The notes: generated from the sequence alone by a model not told the origin. 64,000 bases of DNA from an uncultured Arcobacter sp. (GCA_965140705.1 OZ223300.1:192001-256000); one strand, 5' to 3'; positions 1-10,031 are shown, numbered from the stretch's first letter. Translations and numbers: made by a program.

Positions 1-2
1 TG

Positions 3-1394
3 GATAAGATTAACAATCATCCATGTTATTCAGAAGGGGCTCACCAACACTACGCGAGAATTCACGTAGCTGTTGCACCTGCTTGTAATATTCAATGTAA
101 CTACTGTAATAGAAAATTTGATTGCTCAAATGAGAGTCGACCTGGTGTTACTTCAGCTAAATTAAGTCCTGAAGATGCAGTTAAAAAGGTTTTATATGTT
201 GGTGGTGATATTCAACAACTATCAGTTGTGGGAATAGCAGGACCTGGTGATGCTTTGGCAAATCCTAAAAAGACCTTTGATACTTTTAGAATGCTTCAAG
301 AAAAAGCACCAGATTTAAAATTATGTTTATCAACAAATGGACTTAGACTTCCTGAGTTTATTGATGAAATAGAAAAATATAATGTCGATCATGTAACAGT
401 TACAATCAATTCTGTTGATGAATCCGGTGAAGTTGGTGCTAAAATTTACCCATGGGTTCATTGGAATCATGAAAAAGTTTTTGGAACAAAAGGAGCAAAA
501 ATTCTTTTAGAACAACAACTAAAAGGTATCAAGATGTTAACTGAGAGAGGTATATTAGTAAAAGCTAACTCAGTATTAATTCCTGGAGTTAATGATAAAG
601 AATTACCAAATGTTGCTAAAAAATTAAAAGAGTTAAATGTATTTTTACATAATATTATGCCTTTATTATCAAAACCAGAATTTGGAACATATTATGGACT
701 AAATGGACAAGCAAGTGCTACAGACCAAGAGGTTATGGCTGCACAAGAAGCATGTGGAATGGATATGAAACTAATGTCTCACTGTAGACAATGTCGAGCA
801 GATGCTGTTGGATTAATTGGTGAAGATAGAGGTGAAGAGTTTACTCCTGATGTTTTCCAAAATATGTCTTGGGAAGAGTTAGAAGACCAATATAATATGG
901 AAGCACGTGCTAAAAAACATGAAGTTATTGAAAACTGGAGAGCTGCACTTGATGCTGCAAATGAAAGAATTAAGATAGAACAAGCAAGTAAAGAAGAACT
1001 AAGTAGTACTGGTGAGACTAAATTAGTGGCTGTTACAACAGCAGGTGAAGGAACAGTAAACTTACACTTTGGTAATGCTACAGAATTCCTAATCTACGAA
1101 GTTGGTGACAAAGCTATCAAATTTGTAATGCATAGAAAAGTTGAAAATGCTTATTGTAAAGGTCCTGAAGATTGTGATGGTTCATATCCAATTGAAGAGA
1201 TTAAAGATACTTTAAAAGATGTTGATATCTTATTAACAGAAAAAATTGGTGGTTGTCCTCAAGATGAGTTAAAATCTATCAATCTTATCTCTGATGATTC
1301 TTATGCTCTACAACCAATAGAAAAATCAGTATTTGCAGCAGCACAAAAATACTTCTTTGCCGTTGATGCTAAAGCAGAAAAAGAGATAGGTTAA
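3..1394 (+). CDS. nifB: Nitrogenase cofactor biosynthesis radical SAM protein NifB (5'-truncated by window edge), with C-terminal NifX-like domain
   Basis: Frame is open from position 3: DKINNHPCYSEGAHQHYARIHVAVAPACNIQCNYCNRKFDCSNESRPG (HPC, CxxxCxxC, ESRPG). Also AGPGDALAN, CRQCRADAVG and a C-terminal HFGNATEF NifX-like domain. Confidence 0.97.
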   Translation, partial: DKINNHPCYSEGAHQHYARIHVAVAPACNIQCNYCNRKFDCSNESRPGVTSAKLSPEDAVKKVLYVGGDIQQLSVVGIAGPGDALANPKKTFDTFRMLQEKAPDLKLCLSTNGLRLPEFIDEIEKYNVDHVTVTINSVDESGEVGAKIYPWVHWNHEKVFGTKGAKILLEQQLKGIKMLTERGILVKANSVLIPGVNDKELPNVAKKLKELNVFLHNIMPLLSKPEFGTYYGLNGQASATDQEVMAAQEACGMDMKLMSHCRQCRADAVGLIGEDRGEEFTPDVFQNMSWEELEDQYNMEARAKKHEVIENWRAALDAANERIKIEQASKEELSSTGETKLVAVTTAGEGTVNLHFGNATEFLIYEVGDKAIKFVMHRKVENAYCKGPEDCDGSYPIEEIKDTLKDVDILLTEKIGGCPQDELKSINLISDDSYALQPIEKSVFAAAQKYFFAVDAKAEKEIG

Positions 1395-1405
1395 GCCTAT
1401 CTCTT
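1381..1405 (+). terminator. Hairpin at the end of nifB (putative terminator or processing stem)
   Basis: Perfect 10-bp stem AAGAGATAGG/CCTATCTCTT with a 5-nt loop overlapping the nifB stop. Confidence 0.6.
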
Positions 1406-1416
1406 AAAATCGTCTA

Positions 1417-1432
1417 TGGAATAGATTTTGCA
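1417..1432 (+). promoter_or_regulatory. Sigma54 (-24/-12) promoter upstream of nifV
   Basis: TGGAAT-AGATT-TTGCA, with GG at 1418-1419 and GC at 1430-1431 (GG-N10-GC spacing), about 33 nt before the nifV ATG. Confidence 0.75.
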
Positions 1433-1464
1433 TCTATATTTTTAATCCAACAAAAGGCAAAACA

Positions 1465-2580
1465 ATGTTTCTAATAAATGATACAACATTAAGAGATGGT
1501 GAACAAGCTCCCTATGTGGCATTTAATACAAAAGAGAAATTAGATATTGCTAAAAAACTTTATGAAGCGGGCGCAGACGAACTTGAAGTTGGAATTCCTG
1601 CAATGGGAAAAAAAGAACAAGAGGATTTAAAAGAGATATTAGCTTTAAATCTTCCTATTCCAATTATGAGTTGGAATAGAGCTACTATGAGTGATTTAGA
1701 GGCTTCATTAGAGTGTGGGCTTAAATCCGTTGATTTATCAATCCCTGTTTCAGATATCTTAATTGATGTGAAATTTGGTGGTGATAAACAAAAAGTCTTA
1801 TCACAGCTTGAAAAGGTGATTCTACATGCAAAAAAAGAAGGGTTATTTGTTTGCATTGGAGGAGAGGATTCAAGCAGAGCTAATTTGGACTTCTTAAAAG
1901 AGATATTAGCTTTAGGTAAAAGTCTTGGTGCCAATAGATTTAGATATTGTGATACCGTTGGAATATTAACTCCAACAAAAACATATCAAAATATAAGTGA
2001 ACTTACAAAGTTAGATTTACTTGATATTGAGATGCATACCCATAATGATTTTGGTATGGCAACTGCAAATGCTATTTCGGGTTATGAAGCAGGAGCAAAA
2101 AGTGCCAATACTACAGTTATTGGATTGGGTGAACGCGCGGGAAATGCATCTTTTGAACAAGTATTGATGACTTTGGCAAGACTTCTTGGAAAAGATACAC
2201 CAATAAAATCTGATAAATTAAAAGCACTTATTCAAACAGTAGGTTTGGCATCAAATAGAAGAATTGATACTAATTTACCTATTGTTGGAGAGTATATTTT
2301 TTCACATGAATCAGGTATTCATGTAAATGGAATGATGAAATCAAAAAGTGCATATGAACCATTTACTCCAACGGAAGTTGGTTTAGAAAGATGTTTCCCA
2401 ATAGGAAAGCATTCTGGAACATCTACTTTACTTTTTCACTTGCAAACTTTAGGAATCACTCCTACAAAGGAGAGTTTACAAAAACTATTGCCATTGGTTA
2501 GGGAAATGGTTACAAATAGAAAAAAAGTATTGGATATAAAAGAATTGGAAGAGTTATACTTATGTTCGTTGGATATTTAA
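1465..2580 (+). CDS. nifV: Homocitrate synthase NifV
   Basis: DTTLRDGEQ, HTHNDFGMATANA, GLGERAGNA, HESGIH and GKHSG motifs (DRE-TIM family); nif context. Confidence 0.93.
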   Translation: MFLINDTTLRDGEQAPYVAFNTKEKLDIAKKLYEAGADELEVGIPAMGKKEQEDLKEILALNLPIPIMSWNRATMSDLEASLECGLKSVDLSIPVSDILIDVKFGGDKQKVLSQLEKVILHAKKEGLFVCIGGEDSSRANLDFLKEILALGKSLGANRFRYCDTVGILTPTKTYQNISELTKLDLLDIEMHTHNDFGMATANAISGYEAGAKSANTTVIGLGERAGNASFEQVLMTLARLLGKDTPIKSDKLKALIQTVGLASNRRIDTNLPIVGEYIFSHESGIHVNGMMKSKSAYEPFTPTEVGLERCFPIGKHSGTSTLLFHLQTLGITPTKESLQKLLPLVREMVTNRKKVLDIKELEELYLCSLDI

Positions 2581-3368
2581 GAAATGATTTTGAAGAAGAG
2601 CTCTCTTCTATATTAGAAAGTGATGCTCTTTTTGATTTGGAGTTATTAAAACAGACTTATGAGGTATTTCCTCAATACTGTTTTGCTGCCTATGAAGATG
2701 GCAAGATTGTAGGAGTTATAAGTGCATATGCTTTTAGTAAACATATCTTTATAAATCTGATAAAAGCTTTAGATACCCATAAAGAAGTTCTAACAAGGCT
2801 TATAAAACTTTTGGTACAAAATGTATCTAGCATGAATATATATGTATTAATTGAAGATAAATTAAGTTCATATTTTACAGCTTTCAATTTTCAAGAACAT
2901 TCAAAGTTCTTAAGATATCTGCATAGTGGGGAAGCAGTTGCTTTTAATTTCTCAAATTCAACTGCCAAACAAGTAAGTGGAGAAAACTATAATGAGATTT
3001 CAAGAAAAATTGATAAGGAAGTATTTTTAGATGATAGGGAAGAGTATATAAAAAAAGATTGTGTTTTTACAAACTCTTTAAAACTTTCAACTACAAGTGG
3101 GTTTATGCATTCATATGTAGTAAATAAAAGATATATAAAAATCTCACCTTGGCTTATGCAAAATGAATCTTACTTAGATGCTGAAAAGCTTTTAAGGGGA
3201 GTTTTGTATTATCGAGGGTTAAAGAAAATATTTGCTTTTATCCCAAAAGATATAAAAGAGATAAGTGAACTCTATGAGAGTTATAAGTTTAAAAAAGATG
3301 GAAATTTTACTTTACTTTATTTAGGTGAAAAACCTGAGTTAAAGTTAGAGAATTTATATGCACTTTAA
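2562..3368 (+). CDS. Hypothetical protein with GNAT-like acyltransferase fold
   Basis: N-terminal CFAAYEDGKIVGVI strand pattern and C-terminal LYESYKF resemble a tandem GNAT; overlaps the nifV stop. Confidence 0.5.
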   Translation: MFVGYLRNDFEEELSSILESDALFDLELLKQTYEVFPQYCFAAYEDGKIVGVISAYAFSKHIFINLIKALDTHKEVLTRLIKLLVQNVSSMNIYVLIEDKLSSYFTAFNFQEHSKFLRYLHSGEAVAFNFSNSTAKQVSGENYNEISRKIDKEVFLDDREEYIKKDCVFTNSLKLSTTSGFMHSYVVNKRYIKISPWLMQNESYLDAEKLLRGVLYYRGLKKIFAFIPKDIKEISELYESYKFKKDGNFTLLYLGEKPELKLENLYAL

Positions 3369-3393
3369 AATAAGCAGAAAAGGAGAGATAAGT

Positions 3394-3603
3394 ATGGCAG
3401 ATTTAACACCTGAGCAAAAAGAGAAGAAAAAAGAGTTAGCAAAGTATAAAAGAAAAGTTGTAGAAAAAGCAGGTATTGTCCATGACATAGTTGAAGATAC
3501 TATTTGGACAGACTATGATAAGTTGCCAAAACTTAGTGAAGAGATAGCAATGGCAATGAAAGAGGTGGAGAGTTTTTTAGCTGAACATCCTTATTTAAAG
3601 TGA
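3394..3603 (+). CDS. CCE_0567/DUF683 (Rop-like) nif-associated small protein
   Basis: AGGAG at 3381-3385 and ATG at 3394. Helical 69-aa protein whose HDIVEDTIWTDY resembles the HDL(S/A)E.LP..W motif of the family. Confidence 0.7.
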   Translation: MADLTPEQKEKKKELAKYKRKVVEKAGIVHDIVEDTIWTDYDKLPKLSEEIAMAMKEVESFLAEHPYLK

Positions 3604-3609
3604 GTTAAT

Positions 3610-3864
3610 ATGGAAGATTTAAAGAACAAAATTATTTGTGAGTGTGGGGAAAAGAGCATTCTTGATGCAGCAAAGATATTTGAAAAAACGGATCTTCCAT
3701 ATAAGAAAGCTAAAAAGTTAGTAACAGGATGTAATAAAACCTGTTGTAGAAAACCTCTTATGGCATTGTTTAATATGGTTGATTTTGGTTTTGTTGATTA
3801 TGAAGAGATTTCATTTTTAATAGATGCTATGAATGATAGATTAAAGGGACAAAATGAGAAGTGA
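3610..3864 (+). CDS. BFD-like [2Fe-2S] ferredoxin-type small protein
   Basis: IICECG...GCNKTCC cysteine pattern. Confidence 0.65.
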   Translation: MEDLKNKIICECGEKSILDAAKIFEKTDLPYKKAKKLVTGCNKTCCRKPLMALFNMVDFGFVDYEEISFLIDAMNDRLKGQNEK

Positions 3865-4846
3865 AATAGAAGACTTTATTAAATGGGTAAATGTCAATGG
3901 TTTAAACTCTTTCATCTCAACTCATATTGATGATATAAATAGTATGACCCACTTAGATTTATCTAAAAAGAAAATAAGAGAATTACCTGAATCATTTGGT
4001 GTATTGCAAAATCTAACAGTATTGAAATTATCAAATAATAGATTAAAAAAACTACCTAATTGTATTGGTGAGTTTAAATACTTAAAAAACTTACAATGTG
4101 AAAATAATCTTTTAAGTGAGATACCAAAAAGTATTGGAAAGCTTTCAAAACTGATGATTTTAAATCTAAATGGGAATAGACTAGAAGAGTTGCCAAAAGA
4201 GTTATATGATTTAAAAAGTCTTACAAGGCTAACTTTAGCAGCAAATAAGATAAAAAAGCTTGATGTGGAATTAGGTAAGTTATCAAAACTTCTGTATTTT
4301 TCTTTAGATACTAATGAATTAGAAGAATTACCTGATAGTTTTTCTAATATGAAATCTTTGTATTATCTTGATGTTTCATTTAACAATTTAACAAAACTCC
4401 CTAAATCTATCTCCCAAATAGATGAGTTGCAAACATTGTTGTTAGAGGGAAATCAAATCGATGATTTGCCTTCATTAGAATCCCATGATATGCTTATAAA
4501 ACTTGATTTGAGTGATAATTCCTTGAAATCTTTAGATTTTAATATTAGTAAATTAGAAGATTTAAAAATACTTATTTTGGATAATAACTATCTTGTAAAA
4601 CTTCCTGATGAGGTATGTGAGTTAACTAATCTTACTAATTTAAGTGTTAGTTCAAACTCTTTGGTTGAACTTCCCAAAAACATAGGAAAACTACAAAATC
4701 TTGAAGAGTTGGATATAGAAGATAATAGTATAAAAAAGTTACCAGACTCTTTTTTTGAATTAAAAAAGCTAAAAAACTTATATTTAGCAGAGAATGAAAG
4801 GTTGGAGCGACCTGAGGGAATGGATTTTGAATATTGTGATATATAA
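3854..4846 (+). CDS. Leucine-rich repeat protein (about 12-13 repeats of about 23 aa)
   Basis: Repeated LxxLxLxxNxLxxLP units across the protein. Confidence 0.95.
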   Translation: MRSEIEDFIKWVNVNGLNSFISTHIDDINSMTHLDLSKKKIRELPESFGVLQNLTVLKLSNNRLKKLPNCIGEFKYLKNLQCENNLLSEIPKSIGKLSKLMILNLNGNRLEELPKELYDLKSLTRLTLAANKIKKLDVELGKLSKLLYFSLDTNELEELPDSFSNMKSLYYLDVSFNNLTKLPKSISQIDELQTLLLEGNQIDDLPSLESHDMLIKLDLSDNSLKSLDFNISKLEDLKILILDNNYLVKLPDEVCELTNLTNLSVSSNSLVELPKNIGKLQNLEELDIEDNSIKKLPDSFFELKKLKNLYLAENERLERPEGMDFEYCDI

Positions 4847-4882
4847 GAAAAGATATTAGAAAACTATTTAAAGGAGTTTGAT

Positions 4883-5203
4883 ATGAGAGATTTAGAGCTT
4901 ATGGAAAAAGAGGTTTTAGACCTTTTAAAAAAACATGCAAATAATGAACAAATAAAAGCTACCTTGGCCCCACTTATAGCAAAAACTTCTATAGAGATGG
5001 GACATCTTTATTCTGATTTAGGATTACCAACTAGGGAAGAGATGGGGAAACTAATGAGTGCAAACTTTTCAACACTAGCAAAACTAAAACCAGCTGATGT
5101 AAGATGGAAAAAGTATTTATATGACTGTATAGGTAAAACTGCACCCGCTTGCGCAAAGTGCAATGATATATCTAACTGTTTTAATTGCTCTTTAGCTTCA
5201 TAA
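4883..5203 (+). CDS. nifQ: Molybdenum-processing nitrogen fixation protein NifQ
   Basis: HLYSDLGL..REEM..LM..NF..LA....VRWKKYLY plus C-terminal Cys cluster (APACAKCNDISNCF); AGGAG RBS. Confidence 0.85.
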   Translation: MRDLELMEKEVLDLLKKHANNEQIKATLAPLIAKTSIEMGHLYSDLGLPTREEMGKLMSANFSTLAKLKPADVRWKKYLYDCIGKTAPACAKCNDISNCFNCSLAS

Positions 5204-5205
5204 AA

Positions 5206-6108
5206 TCAGTTTTCTTCTAAAAACTGCTCATAGAGGTCTTTATTTTGAGAATAGATTTTATATAAAACATTTTCATAATTAAACTCTAAGTAGTTGGCAT
5301 GAAGCCATAATCTATGTGAACCACTACCCTCTTTCCTTTTTTCATCATCTAAAAGTCTATCTAAATAAGCATCGGCAAAATCATCATCAACTCCATATAT
5401 TGGGTCGCCAAAGATGGGATGACCTATTGAATATAGATGTACTCTTATTTGATGTTGTCTTCCAGTTACGGGAATAGCTTCTACTAAGCTCAAATCTCTT
5501 TTTTTATCATATTTTATGGGATTGATTATTGTTTTAGATTTTTTCCCCTCAGCTCCTGCAAGCATTCTTACACCTATATTTTTGCCCTCTTTTTGTATAG
5601 AGGTATCAATAATTATAGACTTTTTTATCTGACCTCGTACTATGGCCAAATAAGATTTTTTGTATTTTTTCTCTTCAAACATTAATTTTAGTTTAGATTC
5701 TATATCCCTATCTTTTGCACACATTATTAATCCAGAAGTTTCTGCATCAATTCTATGTACTAAATTGGCATCAGGCCCGAAGTGATAGCGAACTTCATCC
5801 AATAAACAGTATTCAGTATTTTTGCTAATTGGATGAACAACAACTCCTGAGGGTTTTTCAAAAATAGCGAAGGAATTAGTTTGAAATAGGGGATTTAAGC
5901 CCCTTGTATGACCTTCAAATTGTGCCATATAAATCAAATCAGAATTAATAATATCTCCATACTTCAAAGTATTGAAAGCTTCATCAAAAACTCTTCCTTT
6001 ACTAATTGATTTTTGCGCTGTAGAGGTCTTTATCTTTAAATTTTTGACTAAATGCACTTGGATTTTTTCTCCAGAAAGTGCGGGGTATTCTTTTAATATA
6101 AACGGCAA
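5206..6108 (-). CDS. RluA-family pseudouridine synthase
   Basis: KPSGVVVHP, VHRIDAETSG, TGRQHQIRVH and GDPIYG motifs. Confidence 0.93.
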   Translation of the reverse strand: MPFILKEYPALSGEKIQVHLVKNLKIKTSTAQKSISKGRVFDEAFNTLKYGDIINSDLIYMAQFEGHTRGLNPLFQTNSFAIFEKPSGVVVHPISKNTEYCLLDEVRYHFGPDANLVHRIDAETSGLIMCAKDRDIESKLKLMFEEKKYKKSYLAIVRGQIKKSIIIDTSIQKEGKNIGVRMLAGAEGKKSKTIINPIKYDKKRDLSLVEAIPVTGRQHQIRVHLYSIGHPIFGDPIYGVDDDFADAYLDRLLDDEKRKEGSGSHRLWLHANYLEFNYENVLYKIYSQNKDLYEQFLEEN

Positions 6109-6241
6109 AACTATATCCTTAAATTAAGTAAAAATTAACCAAAAATTAATAAGATTTTTTGACTAAAGTAGATAACATATCATATTAAAAAAAATCGAAA
6201 TTTATGATAAAAATGTAGAAAATGCTATAAGGAATTTATTA

Positions 6242-7570
6242 ATGGTTGAAAGATACGCAAGAGAAGAGATGAGTTCGAAGTGGACTCAACATGCAAGATA
6301 TGCGGCTTGGCTTGAGGTAGAAAAAGCAGCTGTAAAAGCTTGGAATAAGATAGGGCTTATTCCAGATGAGGATTGTGAAAAGATAGTAAAAAATGCTACT
6401 TTTTCTGTTGAGAGAATAGAGGAAATTGAGGCTGTTACAAAGCATGATTTGATTGCATTTAATACAAGCGTATCTGAGTCACTTGGTTCTGAATCAAGAT
6501 GGTTTCACTATGGTATGACTAGTTCAGATGCTGTTGATACTGGTGTTGCTATTCAAATGAGAGATTCTTTAAAAATTATTATTGATGATGTAAAGATGTT
6601 AATGGACTCTATTAAAAAAAGAGCCGAAGAGCACAAATTTACTTTAATGGTAGGAAGAAGTCATGGAATTCATGGTGAGCCTATTACTTTTGGTTTGACT
6701 TTAGCTGTTTGGTATGATGAAGTATCAAGACATCTTAAAAACTTAGAAGAGACTATGGAAGTGATTTCTGTAGGACAAATCTCAGGAGCTATGGGTAACT
6801 TTGCTCACGCACCACTTGAACTTGAAGAGTATGCAATGGCAGAGCTTGGACTTAAGCCTGAACCTTGTTCAAATCAAGTAATTCATAGAGATAGATATGC
6901 AAGACTTGCAACTGCTTTAGCACTACTTGCAAGTTCTATTGAAAAGTTTGCAGTACAAGTAAGACACCTACAAAGAACAGAAGTTTATGAAGCAGAGGAA
7001 TATTTTGCAAAAGGTCAAAAAGGATCTTCTGCTATGCCACACAAAAGAAATCCAATTTTAACAGAAAATATAACAGGACTTGCTAGAATGATTAGAGCTT
7101 ACGCAACTCCTGCTATGGAAAATGTTGCTTTATGGCATGAAAGAGATATCTCTCACTCATCAACTGAGCGATTTTGGCTACCAGATGCATTTATCACAAG
7201 TGATTTTATGCTTCACAGAATGAACAGTGTAATTGCAAACTTAACAGTAATGCCAGAAAATATGATGAAAAATTTAAATTTAACTGGTGGATTAGTATTT
7301 TCACAAAGAGTGTTGTTAGAACTTCCAAAAGCTGGTGTCTCAAGAGAAGATGCTTATAAAATAGTTCAAAGAAATGCAATGAAAGTATGGGAAGAGATAC
7401 AACAAGGTAAACCTAGTACAAATGAAAAAGGTGAATCTTTATATTTACAATATTTATTAGGGGATGAAGAGTTAAGAAATTCTTTATCAGAAGAGCAAAT
7501 AAGAGAGTGTTTTAATTTTGAATACTACACTAAAAATGTAGATGCAATTTTTAAAAGAGTTTTTAAATAA
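6242..7570 (+). CDS. purB: Adenylosuccinate lyase
   Basis: GSSAMPHKRNP signature, GRSHGIHGEP, TKHD. Confidence 0.97.
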   Translation: MVERYAREEMSSKWTQHARYAAWLEVEKAAVKAWNKIGLIPDEDCEKIVKNATFSVERIEEIEAVTKHDLIAFNTSVSESLGSESRWFHYGMTSSDAVDTGVAIQMRDSLKIIIDDVKMLMDSIKKRAEEHKFTLMVGRSHGIHGEPITFGLTLAVWYDEVSRHLKNLEETMEVISVGQISGAMGNFAHAPLELEEYAMAELGLKPEPCSNQVIHRDRYARLATALALLASSIEKFAVQVRHLQRTEVYEAEEYFAKGQKGSSAMPHKRNPILTENITGLARMIRAYATPAMENVALWHERDISHSSTERFWLPDAFITSDFMLHRMNSVIANLTVMPENMMKNLNLTGGLVFSQRVLLELPKAGVSREDAYKIVQRNAMKVWEEIQQGKPSTNEKGESLYLQYLLGDEELRNSLSEEQIRECFNFEYYTKNVDAIFKRVFK

Positions 7571-7598
7571 GAAAAATATAACTATCAAAGGTAATACG

Positions 7599-9983
7599 AT
7601 GGCTTTAATGATCCAAAAAAGAAATGGAAGAAAAGAGGTTTTAGATATAACTAAAATCCAAAAGATGTCAATAGCAGCAACTGAAGGTTTAGAAGGGGTT
7701 TCTCAAAGTGAGTTAGAACTAGATGCTCAAATTAAATTCATAGATGGGATGAGTTCATCTGATATTCAAGATGCTTTAATAAAAACAGCTATTGAAAAAA
7801 TTGATATTGATGTTCCTAACTGGACTTTTGTAGCAGCTAGACTGTTTATATTTAATCTGTACCATAAAGTTGGAAGAACAACAAATAGCGTAAAAGGTGA
7901 AGCTTATTCTCATATGAAAGATTATATAAAAACTGCACAAGACGCAGGAAGAATGATTCCTGGACTTGAAAGTGGATATGATTTAGAAGATTTAAATGAT
8001 TATTTAAAGCCAGAGAGAGATTTACAATTTAATTATCTAGGGATTAAAACTTTATATGATAGATATCTAATCAAAGATAAAAATTCTGACCCAATAGAGT
8101 TACCACAACATATGTTTATGGGTATTGCTATGTTTTTAGCTCAAGATGAAGATAACAAACAAGCTCGTGCAAAAGAGTTTTATGATGTTATTTCTAAATT
8201 TGAAGTTATGTTAGCAACTCCAACATTAAGTAATGCAAGAACAAATAGACATCAATTGTCGTCTTGTTATATTGGGTCAAGTCCTGATAATATAGAAGGT
8301 ATTTTTGATGGATATAAAGAGATGGCACTATTATCTAAATATGGTGGTGGTATTGGTTGGGATTGGAACCAAATTAGATCATTAGGTGGAGCAATTGATG
8401 GACACAAAAGTGCTGCTGGTGGTACAGTTCCATTTTTGAAAATCACAAATGATATTGCAATTGCAGTTGATCAATTAGGTACTAGAAAAGGTGCAATTGC
8501 TGTTTATTTAGAGCCTTGGCATATGGATATATCTGATTTCCTTGACTTGAAGAAAAATTCAGGAGAAGAGAGAAGAAGAGCACATGATTTATTCCCATCA
8601 CTTTGGATTTGTGACCTTTTCATGCAAAGAATCATGGAAGATTCACATTGGACACTATTTGATCCAAATGATGTGAAAGATTTAAGTGAACTTCATGGTG
8701 ATGCTTTTGAAAAAAGATATGTTGAATATGAAAATGATGATACAATCGTAAAAGATAGAATCAAAGCAAAAGATTTATGGAAGAAAATTTTAACTTCATA
8801 TTTTGAATCTGGTTCTCCTTTCCTTTGTTTTAAAGATAATGCAAATAGAGCAAATCCAAATGCCCATGTGGGACATATTAGAAGCTCAAATTTATGTACA
8901 GAGATATTCCAAAATACAAACCCAAATAAATACAAGATAAAGTTAGAGTTTGAAGATGGTTCAATAGAACTTTATGATGAAGAAGATACTATAAAAGTAG
9001 ATTCAGGTATCACTAAAAAAGCTAATAAAGTAACAGCACTAGACTCTGTTGGTGGTAAAAAAATCTTTATAGTAGAAAAAGAAAAAACAGATGGAGATAC
9101 AGCTGTTTGTAATCTAGCTTCTATAAACTTAAGTAAAATTCATACAAAAGAAGATATTGAAAGAGTAGTTCCAACTGCTATTAGAATGCTTGATAATGTT
9201 ATTGATTTAAATTTTTACCCTCTTAGAAAAGTAAAAGCTACAAATCTAAAATCAAGAAGTATAGGTCTTGGTGTAATGGGTGAAGCCCAAATGTTAGCAG
9301 AAGAAAAGCTTGTTTGGGGAAGTGTTGATCATTTGAAAAAAATTGATAAAGTAATGGAAGCTATTTCATATAATGCTATTAAGTCAAGTGCAGAACTTGC
9401 AGTTGAAAAGGGTAAATATCCTACATTTGATGGTTCAAATTGGTCAAAAGGTATTATGCCACATGATCATGCACCACAAGCTGTTAATGCATTGGTTGAA
9501 AAAGATTTATTTGATACAGGCTATGATTGGGATGCTTTAAGAGCACAAGTTAAAAAAGATGGTATGAGAAATGGTTACTTAATGGCTGTTGCTCCTACTT
9601 CATCTATTTCTATTTTAGTTGGAACTACTCAAGCAATTGAGCCAGTATACAAAAGAAAATGGTATGAAGAGAATTTATCAGGACTTATTCCAGTAGTTGT
9701 TCCAAAACTTAGCCCTGAGACTTGGTCTTATTATACTCCAGCTTATGAAGTAGATCAATTGGATATAATTAAAGCAGCAGCAGTTAGACAAAAATGGATA
9801 GACCAAGGTCAAAGTACAAATATTTTCCTTTCTTTAGATAAAGCAAGTGGTAAATATATGCATCAAATTTATACTTTAGCTTGGCAGTTAGGTTTAAAAT
9901 CAACTTATTATCTAAGAAGTCAATCACCTGAAGCTTCAAATGATGTAGAAGATAGAAGTATGGAGTGTGCAGGTTGTCAATAA
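7599..9983 (+). CDS. nrdA: Class Ia ribonucleotide reductase alpha subunit with N-terminal ATP cone
   Basis: Likely start ATG at 7599 (MALMIQKRNGRKE). SNLCTEI, VCNLAS, APTSSIS, STYYLRS and C-terminal CAGC. Confidence 0.96.
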   Translation: MALMIQKRNGRKEVLDITKIQKMSIAATEGLEGVSQSELELDAQIKFIDGMSSSDIQDALIKTAIEKIDIDVPNWTFVAARLFIFNLYHKVGRTTNSVKGEAYSHMKDYIKTAQDAGRMIPGLESGYDLEDLNDYLKPERDLQFNYLGIKTLYDRYLIKDKNSDPIELPQHMFMGIAMFLAQDEDNKQARAKEFYDVISKFEVMLATPTLSNARTNRHQLSSCYIGSSPDNIEGIFDGYKEMALLSKYGGGIGWDWNQIRSLGGAIDGHKSAAGGTVPFLKITNDIAIAVDQLGTRKGAIAVYLEPWHMDISDFLDLKKNSGEERRRAHDLFPSLWICDLFMQRIMEDSHWTLFDPNDVKDLSELHGDAFEKRYVEYENDDTIVKDRIKAKDLWKKILTSYFESGSPFLCFKDNANRANPNAHVGHIRSSNLCTEIFQNTNPNKYKIKLEFEDGSIELYDEEDTIKVDSGITKKANKVTALDSVGGKKIFIVEKEKTDGDTAVCNLASINLSKIHTKEDIERVVPTAIRMLDNVIDLNFYPLRKVKATNLKSRSIGLGVMGEAQMLAEEKLVWGSVDHLKKIDKVMEAISYNAIKSSAELAVEKGKYPTFDGSNWSKGIMPHDHAPQAVNALVEKDLFDTGYDWDALRAQVKKDGMRNGYLMAVAPTSSISILVGTTQAIEPVYKRKWYEENLSGLIPVVVPKLSPETWSYYTPAYEVDQLDIIKAAAVRQKWIDQGQSTNIFLSLDKASGKYMHQIYTLAWQLGLKSTYYLRSQSPEASNDVEDRSMECAGCQ

Positions 9984-10031
9984 GATAACCTGATTTCCCG
10001 TTTTATAATAAATATAATATAAGGTAAGAAA

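Noticed and set aside
3950..4790. About 69-bp periodicity considered as a CRISPR or tandem array
   Set aside because: Degenerate protein-level LRR repeats inside a CDS; no identical repeats with unique spacers anywhere in the window.
8910..9105. Extra segment in NrdA between the catalytic NLCTE and VCNLAS motifs, considered as an intein or intron
   Set aside because: Only about 60 aa, no C/S...HN splice motifs or endonuclease, frame uninterrupted; consistent with a lineage-specific loop.
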